Source: Octopus sinensis | Taxonomy: Eukaryota | Reading direction: 5' to 3' | NCBI RefSeq assembly: GCF_006345805.1 | Contig: NC_042998.1 | Span: 189,286,001-189,350,000 of the forward strand | Length of the DNA: 64,000 bases | Part shown: one piece after another, positions 10,982 to 23,500 of the stretch | Layout: each line of letters starts with the position of its first letter | Position numbering within the stretch: position 1 is the first letter of the stretch | Translations under genes and position numbers: made by a program | Notes under the pieces: generated by a model | The model's input: only the letters and a program-made list of their open reading frames with translations | Database searches by the model: none | What the model was told of the DNA's origin: nothing

Positions 10982-12159
10982 AGATGTTTTCGATCTAGTT
11001 TGAATTCTTTGCCATCAAATTTGAATTCTTTGCAATCAAATTTTTGAATTTTTTGTCCAGTGGAGCCCACTGTTGCTCGAACTTCAATCTAACCCCGAGC
11101 TTGGGACAACAAACTTGAGTTGGATAAACTCGAATAGTAAGCTTTTTGCTCTTTATAACATAGCAATTCACCATACATAGGCGTAAAGGAAAAAATGAGC
11201 TCATACTAATCCTGATATAACGACCTGCCTGAATGTGTCCACATGTCATCTAAGACACGTGCATGCCATGTACAATAGACAGTCTAGTTAAAAGACATAC
11301 CACAGGGGGAGGGAGGATGTAGCTTAAACCCACAATTTTATGCAATTTTGGGGAGGGGTGAAATTACCCTTATGATTAAAAGTTATCATCAACAATTGTT
11401 GATTTAAATCAGACCAGGTATATTAGCTATCCTGAGATAAGGGTTTTTAAATTTTCCTAACTGATATTTCTCGCAAAAAAAAGTTGCAGTTTGTAAAAAT
11501 GTACAAATTATCTTGAATGAACTGTTCAAACATACGCAAACAATAGAAAAAGAATCATTCATTTATGATCTCCCCTTGTACAGACCGGTTGACATAACGG
11601 AGCATCTTTTGGTAGAAGCTACTGCAGTGTTCATGAGTTATTTCATCGAACTTTACAGACATCAATTGGTAAAGCTCCGGCTCGTTCTTTGCCTCGCCTT
11701 GGATAACCGAGTGTGGAGCTTAGGTGCTCCGCTCATAAACATACACATCGCCCAGTCTGAGATTCGAACCTGCAATCCCTCTTAAAAGAATCAGTCCATT
11801 CACTTTGAGGAGCTGCAAATTGAACAATATTTTAACAAAAAAAGTGACTTCATAAAACAGTTATAAAGAGCAAAGAGCTTACTATTTGAGTTTATCCCAC
11901 TCAAGTTTGTTGTCCCAAGCTTGGGGCTAGATCGAAATTCGAGCAACAGTGGGCTCCACTGGACGAGTTAGATAAGATAGACATGTATTCCCTTAAGGCT
12001 GATGTAGTTTAACTCTTTTTTTTGTTTCAAGGCTTGAGCACCAATTGAAAAATTCAAATTTGATTACAAAGAATTCAAATTTGATGGCAAAGAATTCAAA
12101 TTTGATGGCAAAGAATTCAAATTTGATGGCAAAGAATCCAAACTAGATCGAAAACATCT
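10982..12159 (-). mobile_element. Non-autonomous Tc1/IS630-like DNA transposon with long, internally repeated TIRs and a transposase C-terminal remnant
   Basis: Termini AGATGTTTTCGATCTAGTTTG / CAAACTAGATCGAAAACATCT; 21-bp subterminal repeats; inner inverted repeat about 11077-11159 vs 11860-11964; minus-strand peptide at 11701-11555 ending in TGA. Confidence 0.75.
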
Positions 12160-12621
12160 ATAAATATAACCATTTCTATCACCAGAAAAATGGTTGATCA
12201 CATCAATTATCTTTTACATTTTTACATATTTGTAATGAAAGCAATTTCTAAAAAGCACAAAGTCAGAAACTTATTATAGGCGACTATTTTTATAATTTTA
12301 GTGAGAACATATTTACTAAATTTTTCCTAATATCAATGATAATTTAATTTACAATAAATTTCGTGATTGAAAGAGAAAGTGTGTGTGTGTGTGCGCACGT
12401 GTGCGTGCATGCATGTTACAAATTTTCAGCAAATATGAATAGTTGACTAAGTTGTTTTGACAGCTTTTATAATGCTATTTAACTATGAATTGAATATGTC
12501 ACTTTTTCAGCATAAAGAATGCTATATATACCAAACACAAATGTCATTAGCAATAAATGAAAGAATGCAATCTATGGCTTAAAATTCAGCCTCATAAAAT
12601 AAGAGATTTAAAAATAAATAC

Positions 12622-12671
12622 CTTTGAAGAATGGTTAATAGCTTCCTGATGCTTTACAACTTTTTCACTAT
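12622..12671 (-). CDS. FAM193A: FAM193A-like small exon (DSEKVVKHQEAINHSSK)
   Basis: Acceptor ttgttttgcag|AT and donor AAG|GTATTT; 50 nt, phase 1 to 0. It supplies the phase change needed between exon 2 and the 9569 exon. Confidence 0.68.
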
Positions 12672-13264
12672 CTGCAAAACAATTAATTAATTAATAGCAT
12701 TAGGTACTATGCATCATTAAACACAAAACCAAACCTATATAACAGGAATAATCTGGCAGATTAATTAATAGGAAAAATTTTAATGACATGGTGGATTGAC
12801 TGAATATATGAAACAAAGTTATAGGAATAAAATGAAGGCAACTTACAAAATAAAACTAAACCATTTTGTAATTCTAGGCTTAAGGGTTTCAGTGGATTAA
12901 AAAAATAACTGCATGTAAAACTAAATGCCTAGGATACACATACTATGAAGCCAACAAAGGAGACCTTTATGTACTTCAGAGGACTGCTAGAAATAGTAAT
13001 TATATCTCCTTCAAATTACACACTTCTGTCTTAAAAGAAATACTAGACAATGTAGTATAGGTATATTAAAAATGAGGTCATGGGATGGAGTACCTTTGAA
13101 CATAGGCCAGCTCAATCAGAGTTGATCTGAGCTAAACACACAATATAATATAAAAACTAGGGAGGAAATTGTTATATAGTTTAGTTCCTATAATATACTT
13201 ATTATTAATAAAATAATTACTAAACTGAATCTTTCTCTTTTTAATAAATGAAAAGATGGCCAGT

Positions 13265-13612
13265 ATTTTACCAGTGTTTCAAAACTAATAATAAGTACAG
13301 GAAGGAAAGTGCCAATACTTATCATAAGCCTTTTCAGAATTGATGCAATAAATGCTCATCTTGAACTTCTGAAAGTCAACATCTGTAGATAATTGTCGGA
13401 GCACTGCATCCTTCAAAACTTCCATTGCTTCCTGAGATTCGCCAACACTACACCTGATTTTCCCCCCTCCATACACACGCAAGCATGTATCTGACTCATG
13501 CACTGTTCACTTTTCAGACATTTGTACATTACTGCATATGCTTTATATGCACTTTTGATAAGTTGTGGTGCACATGAGCACTGTATACAATAATTTCATT
13601 ATTATTATTATT
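13265..13612 (+). mobile_element. LINE 3' end (CR1/L2-like) with (ATT)n tail
   Basis: Ends in ATAATTTCATTATTATTATTA with a S.asFK motif upstream. The minus-strand 72-aa ORF is read as antisense. Confidence 0.4.
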
Positions 13613-13619
13613 TTAAAAT

Positions 13620-15556
13620 GCTAGCAAGGAAAGACTTCCAAACAGTTACAACAATGAGGAAAATCGTTGAATAAAGTTTTGTGGAAGGTGAGAAATGATG
13701 AAAGGAGAAACAAGTACATTGTCTCTCTTGAATAGACCAAGATAGAGATAATATGGAGTTAATTCAGAATAGACATCATTGTTATAGCAATACAGCAGTT
13801 AACAAGAAACCAAATAGGATTTTTTGGATACTGTCTAGAATACTTGTTCTTTAGTTGTCCCAAAATATGACATCAGGGTTGAAGTACTTGCTGGCCCTGA
13901 AGAGGAAGCCTAGTCATTATGACAGTATATATTTAGAGCCATTAGAGATTGCAAAGTGTAACACCTCTAGCAGTTTTCAGGGTCTAAGTTATATGTTGTT
14001 CATGTATAGAGAGCAAGTAGTGTTTGTGATTTTAAAGAAGATCTAGTTGCCATATCTTCTTGAAAAATACTTTTGAGGTCTTGAAAACAGTGCAAACTTG
14101 CTCTGTGTAGGTTACATTTGGATGATGTTTGTGTGTAAGATTAAAGAGGAGTGAAAGGTAGTATCATCTGCATAGGATTATGCATGATAGATGTAAAAGT
14201 AAGCAAGTTATCCATAATCAGATGGGAGATATAATCAAAACTTGAGGGTACACCAAAGATGACAGTACGTAAGTAAGGAAAAGTCTCTTATCATTTGGAA
14301 CTGTCCTGTAAGACAGCTACATTGCAAGACAAGATCAGGGATGGGTGGGAGTATTTAAAAGTTACTCATGCTAGAAACTGTTTAGAAATGGTGTCAAGGA
14401 ATAAATTATGTTTTGACCAAGTCAAAGACTTTATTCATGTTGAAGAAAGAATATTACTGTCACCAAAGTCTTCAAGAACAAGTTCTGCTAAACATAACTC
14501 CAAGGAAACTATACTGGTGGTCACTGAGATGAGACAGAAGTTGAAAGTAATGAAAGTAATGTGTACAAACAGCCATACTACATGGCAGTGAAACATTGGC
14601 CATGACTGCTGAGGACATGCGTAAGCTCGCAAGGAATGAAGCCAGTATGCTCCACTGGATGTGTAATGTCAGTGTGCAAACTCAACAAAGTACCTTGAGA
14701 GAAAAGTTGGACCTAAGAAGCATCAGATGTGGTGTGCAAGAGAGACGACTGCACTGGTATGGCCATGTGGCGAGAATGGATGTGGATAGCTGTGTGAAAA
14801 AATGCCACACCCTAGTGATTGAGAGAACCTGCGGAAAAGGTAGACCTAGGAAGACCTGGGATGAGGTAGTGAAGCATGACCTTCGAACATTGGGCCTCAC
14901 TGAGGCAATGACTAGTGACCGGGACCTCTGGAAATAGGCTGTGCTTGAGAAGACTTGGCAAGCCCAAATGAGACCATAACTTTGTGGCCTATGTCAGGAG
15001 TGTAACTAGCCAAATTATGCATACCTGTCCTTCATTGGACACTAAACTCTGCTTGTGAAGACCTGTTGAGGCAAGTGATATCAAAATCAAATTCAATGAC
15101 TGGCATCCGTGCTAGTGGAGTAGTAAGAGTACCATACGAGTGTGATCATTGCCAGAGCAACAAGCTGGCCTCCATGCCGGTGGCACATAAAAAGCACCAT
15201 TCAAGCGTGATCGTTACCTGCATCGCCTTACTGACATTTGTGCTGGTGGCACGTGAAAAAAGGTGGCGAGTGAGGTCATTGCCAGTAGCGCTGGACTGGC
15301 TCCTGTGCAGGTGGCACATAAAAAGCACCAGTTGAGCGTGGCCATTGCCAGTACAGCCTGACTGGCCCCCGTGCCAGTGGCACGTAAAACGCACCCACCA
15401 CACTCCCGGAGTGGTTGGTGTTAGGAAGGGTATCCAGCTGTAGAAAATCTGCCAGATCAGATTGGAGTCTAGTGCAGCCATCTGGTTCGCCAGACCTCAG
15501 TCAAATCATCCAACCCATGCTAGCATGGAAAGCAGACGTTAAACGATGATGATGAT
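13620..15556 (+). mobile_element. Decayed RTE LINE: RT/C-terminus plus full hairpin-repeat 3' UTR and (GAT)n tail
   Basis: ORF 14596-14937 has RRLHWYGHVARMD...GRPRKTWDEVV...DRDLW and runs into the tail family ending GTTAAACGATGATGATG. This links the abundant tails to RTE. Confidence 0.85.
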
Positions 15557-15559
15557 GTC

Positions 15560-15800
15560 TTATTGCTGGCATTAACAGCCATTAAGATTGTGTCAGGGCG
15601 GGACATGGGGCGAGGTTTGGGTCTTTAGTTTTTCTGTTTTGGTGTACTGGGGTTTGTGGGGTAGGACAGGGATTTTTCCTTTTTCTCGTTACAACAGTCC
15701 AATTAGTTGTTTCTTTATCCTCCACTGCCAAGGATGTCCTTGGTGCTGGTATTGTTGGTGATCTTGGTGATGTTGATGCCTTGGAGGAAAAAATTTGTTC
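15560..15800 (-). mobile_element. LINE ORF1 (gag-like) C-terminal fragment
   Basis: Pro/Thr-rich peptide with a WTVVTRKGK motif on the minus strand. Confidence 0.35.
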
Positions 15801-16199
15801 TTATTCAACTGACGTTTTATTTTACTTCAATTTATGGAAGCTATAATAGAGCCTAGATTAAGCATTGCAGAGTAGGAGAACTTTATCAACGATATATTGC
15901 AAATTGAGTAATACTTGTGGTGCTTGTGAAAATTAGCCTTCAAGATCTTGAAAAACAACTTAAGCAAGTTCTTAACTGTAAGAGAAAGAGGTGGGGCAAA
16001 CCAGATTATTTTGTGTTTTCTAGAATTGGATTATTTAGTCATGTTAGACTTTGCAGAATTAGGATGTTTATACTTATTATATTTACAACATTTATTACTA
16101 GGTTGTATTCCACTAGATATGATATGATTTGCCATGTGGCTTATCTATATCTATGTTTATCAATGCAGGATTTGCACTAATAGTTTTAGAGATAAAGTT

Positions 16200-17340
16200 A
16201 GGAAAATACAAGAACATGCTTCATAGGGAACAATGTAAAGGTGTCCCTATCCCCAAAACATATTAAAAGAAACTGAAAAAACTATTATATACTCGATCCA
16301 AGCAAGGAAAATAGAAGTTATGTTTACGGTGCAAATTGGAAAAGATTTGAAACCAATCTGGCAAGGGATTTCTTACCTGGCCAGAGGAAGAAAGTTTGGA
16401 ACAGTGGAGGTGTGGCTCCAAGAGATGGCTACCACCAGGCTACAATCAGCAACACCCTTAAAGACTGATGAGGTGGTATTTCTGCCCATATATCTTGGAA
16501 GACATTCTTTCAGGGTTAAGGTAGAAGACATACCCTCAGAAACAGCTGTAGCCTGTCTAGTAGCAGCCTTACTACTGGGCTTTGATGAGAAGATAGTGCT
16601 TCTCCAGGCCACCAGAACAGCACATAAGAACTGGCAAGGGCAGAGCCTAGATATAATCCAGGCGGCCCCAAAGGACCTCAAAAACAGAGTAGAGACCATA
16701 ACGATTGAAGAGCCGATCCCATAATGCTACAAATGTGGCTGAAAGGTCACATTAGAGCAGATTGTCCTCTGCCACCTGTGAAGCCTCAAGAGAAACCTGA
16801 AAGCAGAAAGGAAACTGCACCTCCACCGCCAGCAAAAACCAATACAAGCATTGAGGAAGAAGAGGAAATAGCAGGGAAAAAAAGGAAAAAGAAAGCTCAT
16901 TCTGTAAATGTTGACACCACGCCCATCCTACACCCACCTGACTCCCACTCAAACCCATTCTGCCCCACCCTTCTCCTGCAGACACCAACCCTCTCCATAC
17001 CCCACCTGAGACTAAAAAGATAAGCACAAGCATACAGGAGCCCCAAATTTCCATACCCCTGCCCTATGAGGAAAAAATGTCATCTTATACAATGGATCTA
17101 ACAATAAAATGCAAAAAGAGATAGATTATAGGAATTAATAATACAGGTGAACATTATATGGTGTACTGGGATACCCTGGTGCTACCACTGTGTGGTGGCA
17201 GACCCAAAATATATTTCAAGAGTAAAGGATTATGAGGATGTTGAGTGCTGGGTCAAGAAAATTGACACCAACACGATACCAGAGTGGGTAAGCCATTATA
17301 AGCTTTTGAGTGACTTTAACAGACATTTTTCGATATGATG
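16200..17340 (+). mobile_element. Decayed L1/Tx1-like ORF1 with CCHC zinc knuckle
   Basis: ORF 16320-16724, then CYKCG*KGHIRADC at about 16726 and a Pro/Lys/Glu-rich tail; contains stops and frameshifts. Confidence 0.65.
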
Positions 17341-17914
17341 GAAATTAACTGTTTTTAAATATTTAAAAAGAAAAAAAAATTTAACTAATAGGTTAAATGA
17401 AGTCGCTTGGAGGTGGGGGTCAAGTGGCTTCATTTCATTTGTCATTTTTCCATCTATTTATTTTCATTTTCATCTAGTTTCAGCTCACGAGCTGCAGCCA
17501 TGCTGGGGCACCGCCATTCAATTCATTTATTCGTCCTTTCCATCTGTTTTTTTTTTTCTCCCCACCTTATGTTGGCCCCTTGTGGATAATAAAGAAATAA
17601 ATCAAAAATTGTCAAGAATGTGATTTTATGAGGATGCCTTTCCTGATGAAGAGGACATTGTCCACATGGTTTGTAAGATTTCTATTAATTTTTTCTACCA
17701 GGACATGAACTCTGGAAACAGCCATAGAAAGTGGACTTCCTTGAATTGTATTATATACTATTTATATATTTTTAAAAAAATACATTGAATTCTATGGATC
17801 TTTTAATCTTAACCGCTCTTAATTTTAGTATGAAAAAACTGTTTATCAGTTCTTTTTCTCACACTTCTTTCCATATATATATCCCACATGGGTTTTATTT
17901 ACATGTATTTTATC

Positions 17915-18291
17915 TCCGTGCCGGTGGCACGTAAAAGCACCATCCGTTCGTGTCCGTTGCCAGCCTCGCCTGGCCCCTGTTTTGGTGGCACGTAGCACCA
18001 TCTGTTCGTGGCCGTTGTCAGCCTCGCCTGGCCCCTGTGCCGGTGGCACATAAAAGCACCATCCGTTCGTGGTCGTTTGCCAGCTCCGTCTGGCACCTGT
18101 GCGGGTGGCACGTAAAAAGCACCCACTACACTCACGGAGTGGTTGACATTAGGAAGGGCATCCAGCCGTAGAAACACTGCCAGGTCAGACTGGGCCTGAT
18201 GCAGCCTTCTGGCTTCACAGACCCCAGTTGAACCGTCCAACCCGTGCTAGCATGGAAAGCGGACGCTAAGTGATGATGATGATGATGATGA
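17915..18291 (+). mobile_element. Young RTE 3' tail with four hairpin repeat units
   Basis: GTGCCGGTGGCAC units, CpGs retained, (GAT)7 tail. Confidence 0.85.
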
Positions 18292-18759
18292 TATATCTAT
18301 GCATTTTAAGTTGAATTTATAACTGCATGATTATGTAAGGATAACATTATGATCCGTGTAACAGTCTTGGATAAATTTGTTGCCAAGGCTAATCTGCATA
18401 CAACAGGTAAACTCCAACCCTACTTCTCAAGGAGTTGAAGTACCAGATGGTTTCTGAGTAACAGTTATAGTGGAATAGAAATGCACTGATTAAGAATGGT
18501 CAGATCTGTTATTAGAAATAGCAGTTATATTTCAAACCACCCAATTGTTTTTAAAAGGAAGACATAGGGAATGATACAGCCACTAATAAACAGAATATGG
18601 AATACTTTTGCTCAATCAGGACTGACCTGGGAGTAATGACAACAATTTCAAAGAGTGACAGAGAAAAGGTGAGGTGAGATAGATATCAGTAATGCAGGAA
18701 GAGGAATATTCAAATAAATGATGAAAACTGATGAAGTTTAGAAAACAAATAAGACAAAA

Positions 18760-19170
18760 TTTAGAATGCAAAAGCTTGAAAGAAATGAAGCCAGCATGCT
18801 CTGCTCTATGTGCAATGTCAGCATGCATGTATGACATAGGGTAAAGGTTTTGAGGAAAAAATTGGATATAAGAAGCATCAGTTATAGCATGCAAGAGCAG
18901 AGACTGTGCTGATATGGTCATGACCTGTGAAAGAACACTAAGGACAAAGTGTATAAAGGACAAAGTATAAGAAGTGCAAAGTGTAAGAAGGGCAAAGTGT
19001 AAGAAGGGCAAAGTGTAAGAAAGGCAAAGTGTAAGAAGGGCAAAGTGTAAGAAAGGCAAAGTGTAAGGACAAAGTTGTAAGAAATGGTCTTCTAATACTG
19101 AGCCTCACAGAAGAGATGACAAAAAAACCAAGACAATTAGCAATTTGCTGTGCTTGAGAAGACCTGCCCA
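18760..19170 (+). mobile_element. Decayed RTE C-terminus carrying an internal 16-bp minisatellite
   Basis: RNEASMLC.MCNVS and QRLC*YGH, then (GCAAAGTGTAAGAAGG)n at 18941-19083, then LSLTEEMT. Confidence 0.7.
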
Positions 19171-19599
19171 GTTAAGTAAAATCCATGACATAAAGACACA
19201 TCACCACCGCCGCCACCATTTTCCCCACCTATACTCACCACTGCAGTATTTCTCAACCCCACCATTCTCCCACATGTACCAACATGCACGAGTATGCTCC
19301 TGTTGAATCCCCCTCAACATATCCTCCCAATAACCCCACCTCCTACCTGTGTCAATTCATTACATTCCCTCAGCCAGCTCTCTTTCACAATCTTGTGAAC
19401 TCACCCACCCACTCACCCTCTCTAATTCCCAATCCACTTCACTATACATACCGTCTTGTAACTTGGGTGCATTGCCCCTGCCCCCTCCCTGTCACATCTT
19501 CACCATTATCTCTCTCCTGAGGTAACCATACAAATTTTGTTTTTCAATACTCCCACACACACACACATACACACACAGTTGAGGGGTCATGTCTTGCAA

Positions 19600-20545
19600 A
19601 TTACTTAGTGACCTCACTGCTGCTGGTGCCATGTAAAAAGCACCCAGTACACACTGTAAAGTGGTTGATGTTAAGGACAGCCAGCTGTAAAAGCTATGCC
19701 AAAGCAGACAGCAGAGTTTGGTACAGTCTTCTGACATGCTAGTTCCTGTCAAACCCTCCAACTCATGCCAGCACAGAAAACATTAAATGATGATAATGAC
19801 GATGATAATGAGTATCATCATGATCATCATCATCATTTAACGTCAGTTTTCCATGCTAGCATGGGTTGGACGGTTCGACCGAGGTCTGGTAAGACATGGA
19901 GGCTGCACCAGACTCTAGTCTGATTTGGCAATGTTTCTACAGCTGGATGCCCTTCCTAATGCCAACCACTCCGTGAGTGTAGTGGGTGTTTTTTATGTGC
20001 CACCAGCACAGGGGCCAGAGCAGGCTGACAAACGGCCACAATCGGTTGGTGCTTTTACGTGTCACCAACATGGACGCCAGTCAGGCGGCGCTGGCATCTG
20101 CCATGTTTGGACAGTGCTTTTTACGTGTCACCGACACAGGTGTCTTAACTACAATTTCCATTTGAATCTTGCAAGTATTTATTCAGTTGAGAAAGATGAC
20201 TAGGATATGGATTTTACAAGTGAGATTGTAGTTGTGGGCACCTGTGCCAGTGACACATAAAAAGCATCGTTCAAGCGTTGGGTCTCATGGAGGCAGTGAC
20301 TAGTGACTGATAACCCGCGCCTGTGAAGACCTGTCGAACCAAGTGAGATCATAGTCGGGGCTGATGCCAGTGCTGTGTTGGTGCCATGTAAAAACCACCC
20401 ACTACACTCTTGGAATGGCAGCCAGCCAGCCATAGAAACCATGCCAAATCAGATTGGAACATGGAGCAACTCCCCAGCTTACCAGTTTTCAGTCAAATCA
20501 TCTGACCCATGCCAAGCAGATGTTAAATGATGATGATGATGACAA
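19600..20545. mobile_element. Cluster of three RTE tails (forward, reverse, forward)
   Basis: 19620-19810 (+), 19825-20165 (-) and 20230-20545 (+). Confidence 0.8.
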
Positions 20546-23500
20546 TAGACATCATATTCAGAAAAGAGTTGGAATACAGAGTTATGTGTCAATTATCTCT
20601 ATTTAAGGATATTTATACAAAGGGTTCAAACAGAAATAAAGATGATGAAAAGAATGTGTGATATTAATGATAAAACAAAAGAACAATTATGAAGTCAAAC
20701 TGCTGGACCAGGGACCACATGCTGAAATCTTATAACCGTCATTGTTTGTGACCCTCAACAGACACAATGTTGTTCATTTTAGTTTTTAAACTGATAATAA
20801 TAAATAATATTATCCAGAATTGAAACAAATTGCTTCAACAATGTGTAATTGTTCAATTTTCTAAGACCACTTCATGTTATCCAACAGAGACAAATTGATA
20901 TAAAATTAAACAAATAGATGATGTTTAAATATAAAATATCCTAATAATAAACTATTTGCAAGATGATTGTTTAACCAGAAAATAAACAGAATAGGGGGCA
21001 AATGAGGTAAGGTACAGTCTATTCATTTTGATGCAAAAATGGTAGAATTTAGATTCCCCATAGTTTCTCATTCAGAATAAGAGACATATTTAAAACCTTC
21101 AATTATTTGAAAATCTATCATTTAACAATTTTATTAATTCTTAAAACAATATGACTGAAATGCACAGACCTGTCTTACAATATGTACAAGCCTGTCTCAC
21201 ATCATTCAGTTGTATAATATAATAAAGGTATTCTGACAGTAAACAAGAGAGATGTTCTACTACATAAACATATGAAGCAACCTCAAAAATCCAATCATAA
21301 ATATGGAATAGAATTAGTGTTAATATTGAGTAGCCACTGTCAACTTTGCTTCTGTGGAACTATAAACTGAAGTAGTTGACCAGATATTTCAAAGAAACCC
21401 ACACATTATGTTTCCAGGATGTACCAAACCCCCATCTATTATGAGACCATGATTATACTATACTATACAGAGTGTAACCAGGTTGCTTACAAGAATGTAT
21501 TTTTGACTGAAACCTCTTGTAAGTCAGAACAGAAATGAACAAGACGGACTGGTTGGAAGACAAATTTTGGTACCTTGTAATTGGCAGGAAGTGGTTTGTA
21601 ACAAAGTACAGTTTCAAATACACAGCAATGAAAATATATTCAATTTTGATCAGAATCAACTATATATATATCTTAAAAACTGATACAAAACAAATGTAAA
21701 TCTTAAAATGGCTTCTAATTTCATCAACGATAACTTCCTTAACTACTACTACTAGCATTCTTAAACAGGTGCTTAAATTTATACATATGGACAAACCTAA
21801 CATACACAAATACCTTATTATTATGTGGTGTGCACAAGATCAAGAAGCAATATGTATATAATTTTATCTTTTAATCAGCAGAGAAAACAGTGCTCATGAC
21901 CCTTTATAAGGTCTCCAAGATAATTGGAAGAGGGAGGAGGTACCCTCAAGCCAGAATCTTACTTCAAATGCTTCAACAAAGCGAACAATACTAAAAGAAC
22001 ATTCAGGGTGCCAGGTGATAATGTTAAGCTGGCCAATGGATTAAGTCTACTCCCCAAATAGGCTATAACAGGATTTGAACTCAGAATGCGAAGAACCAAA
22101 CAAAAACCACAAGGCATCCAGTCCAATGTTCTTATAGTTCACCAATCCACCAGCTTGATTGGCATTTATTTTATCAACTTTAAAAGCATGAAAGATGAAG
22201 CTGACATCAGCAAGATTTGAACTCAGAGTAAATATAAAGAAGGATTGCAGTTATGACTGCATGTGCACACACACACACATGTGTGTGTGTACATGCATTG
22301 TTGAATGGCTAGAAAATTCCCTTTGTAACCATTAGGCCCCCAGGTTCAATCCCACTGGATAACATCTTGGAAAGGTGCATTTATCATAAACATGGGTCGA
22401 CTCATGCCTAATGAACAAACTTGCGTACATGGAAGCAAAATAGAAGTTGGGTGGATAGCACCTGTCATTCAAATGTCCAGTCTTGTCGCACCTGTAACAC
22501 ACTAATACTACCTAAGAATTACAATAAGGGTGAATGTATATTTGGAATGCTCAGCCACTTAGAAAGCTAATTCAATGAGTAAGTAATTTTGTTGATCGAA
22601 CAACTGGACACTCATGCATCAAAATCAATGAGATTCCATTTTGTGTGTGGATGTAATAAGTGTGTATTTTACAAGTACATAAGAGTCTGAAGGTAAAGCA
22701 TTTAGAGTGGAACTGGTGTAGTGTTGTGCAATGGTTTCCAGCCTTTTCACTCAAAAGAGCTTATTTGAAGAAGCAAATTTAGATTTGAAGCATATGCATA
22801 TGTCATAAGATGTAAAGCATGAAAATAGTGCATGTTGTTATCTACAAAAAAAAAAGAAAAGATTTAGATTTGAGGAGATATTTTAAAAAACTAAAAACTA
22901 AAAGTTCTATTTTGAAAAGAATGATGGCAATTTTCATGAGATACATGAGACTGAACTGTCACAACAAGCTTGATAATCTCCCCTTAGATTAGTTACAAAA
23001 AGATGCAGATGCAGGTCAGTAAAACTTGATCTAATCTTGGACTTCACTTATTTCATTTTCGAAAATGCTTGTGAACAAACATTTTCAAACATAGCAAGAT
23101 GTAATATGCCTGGTCAGAAACAAACAAACTATGGAGTAATACAACTGACCAAAATACAAACTAAACATACCATAAAGCTTGACCAATGAGGAGTAACATG
23201 CCTCATCAGTGTAGTGTTGCATGCCTGATGAATGTCATGTAATATATATTAGAAGCATGGTACAACCTTTTTTTTTTTTTACACTTAAAACTATCACTGT
23301 AGATTTTCTATAGAAATTATAGCCAGCACTGATTTGTTGTTTCACATCCAAGTATGTCTTATGTAAGAAATCAGAGATGGCTATAATTTCTGTAGAAAAT
23401 CTGTACAGATAAACTTAAAAACTGATTTAATAGCATTACTGACATGGTATAGGACACAGTATCAGTTTATAAAGTCTTTAATATACTTGGTGGTGTATTA

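Noticed and set aside
13285-13503. 72-aa ORF as a FAM193 exon
   Set aside because: No suitable splice sites or homology; the opposite strand looks like a LINE 3' end with an (ATT)n tail.
17915-18120. CRISPR-like array (palindromic repeat with spacers)
   Set aside because: Spacers are related to each other, the array is part of a multi-copy RTE 3' UTR, the context is eukaryotic and there are no cas genes.
22255-22297. Near-perfect palindrome TGCATGTGCAC(AC)n…(GT)nACATGCA
   Set aside because: Trivial product of adjoining (CA)n/(TG)n microsatellites, which are common in this window.
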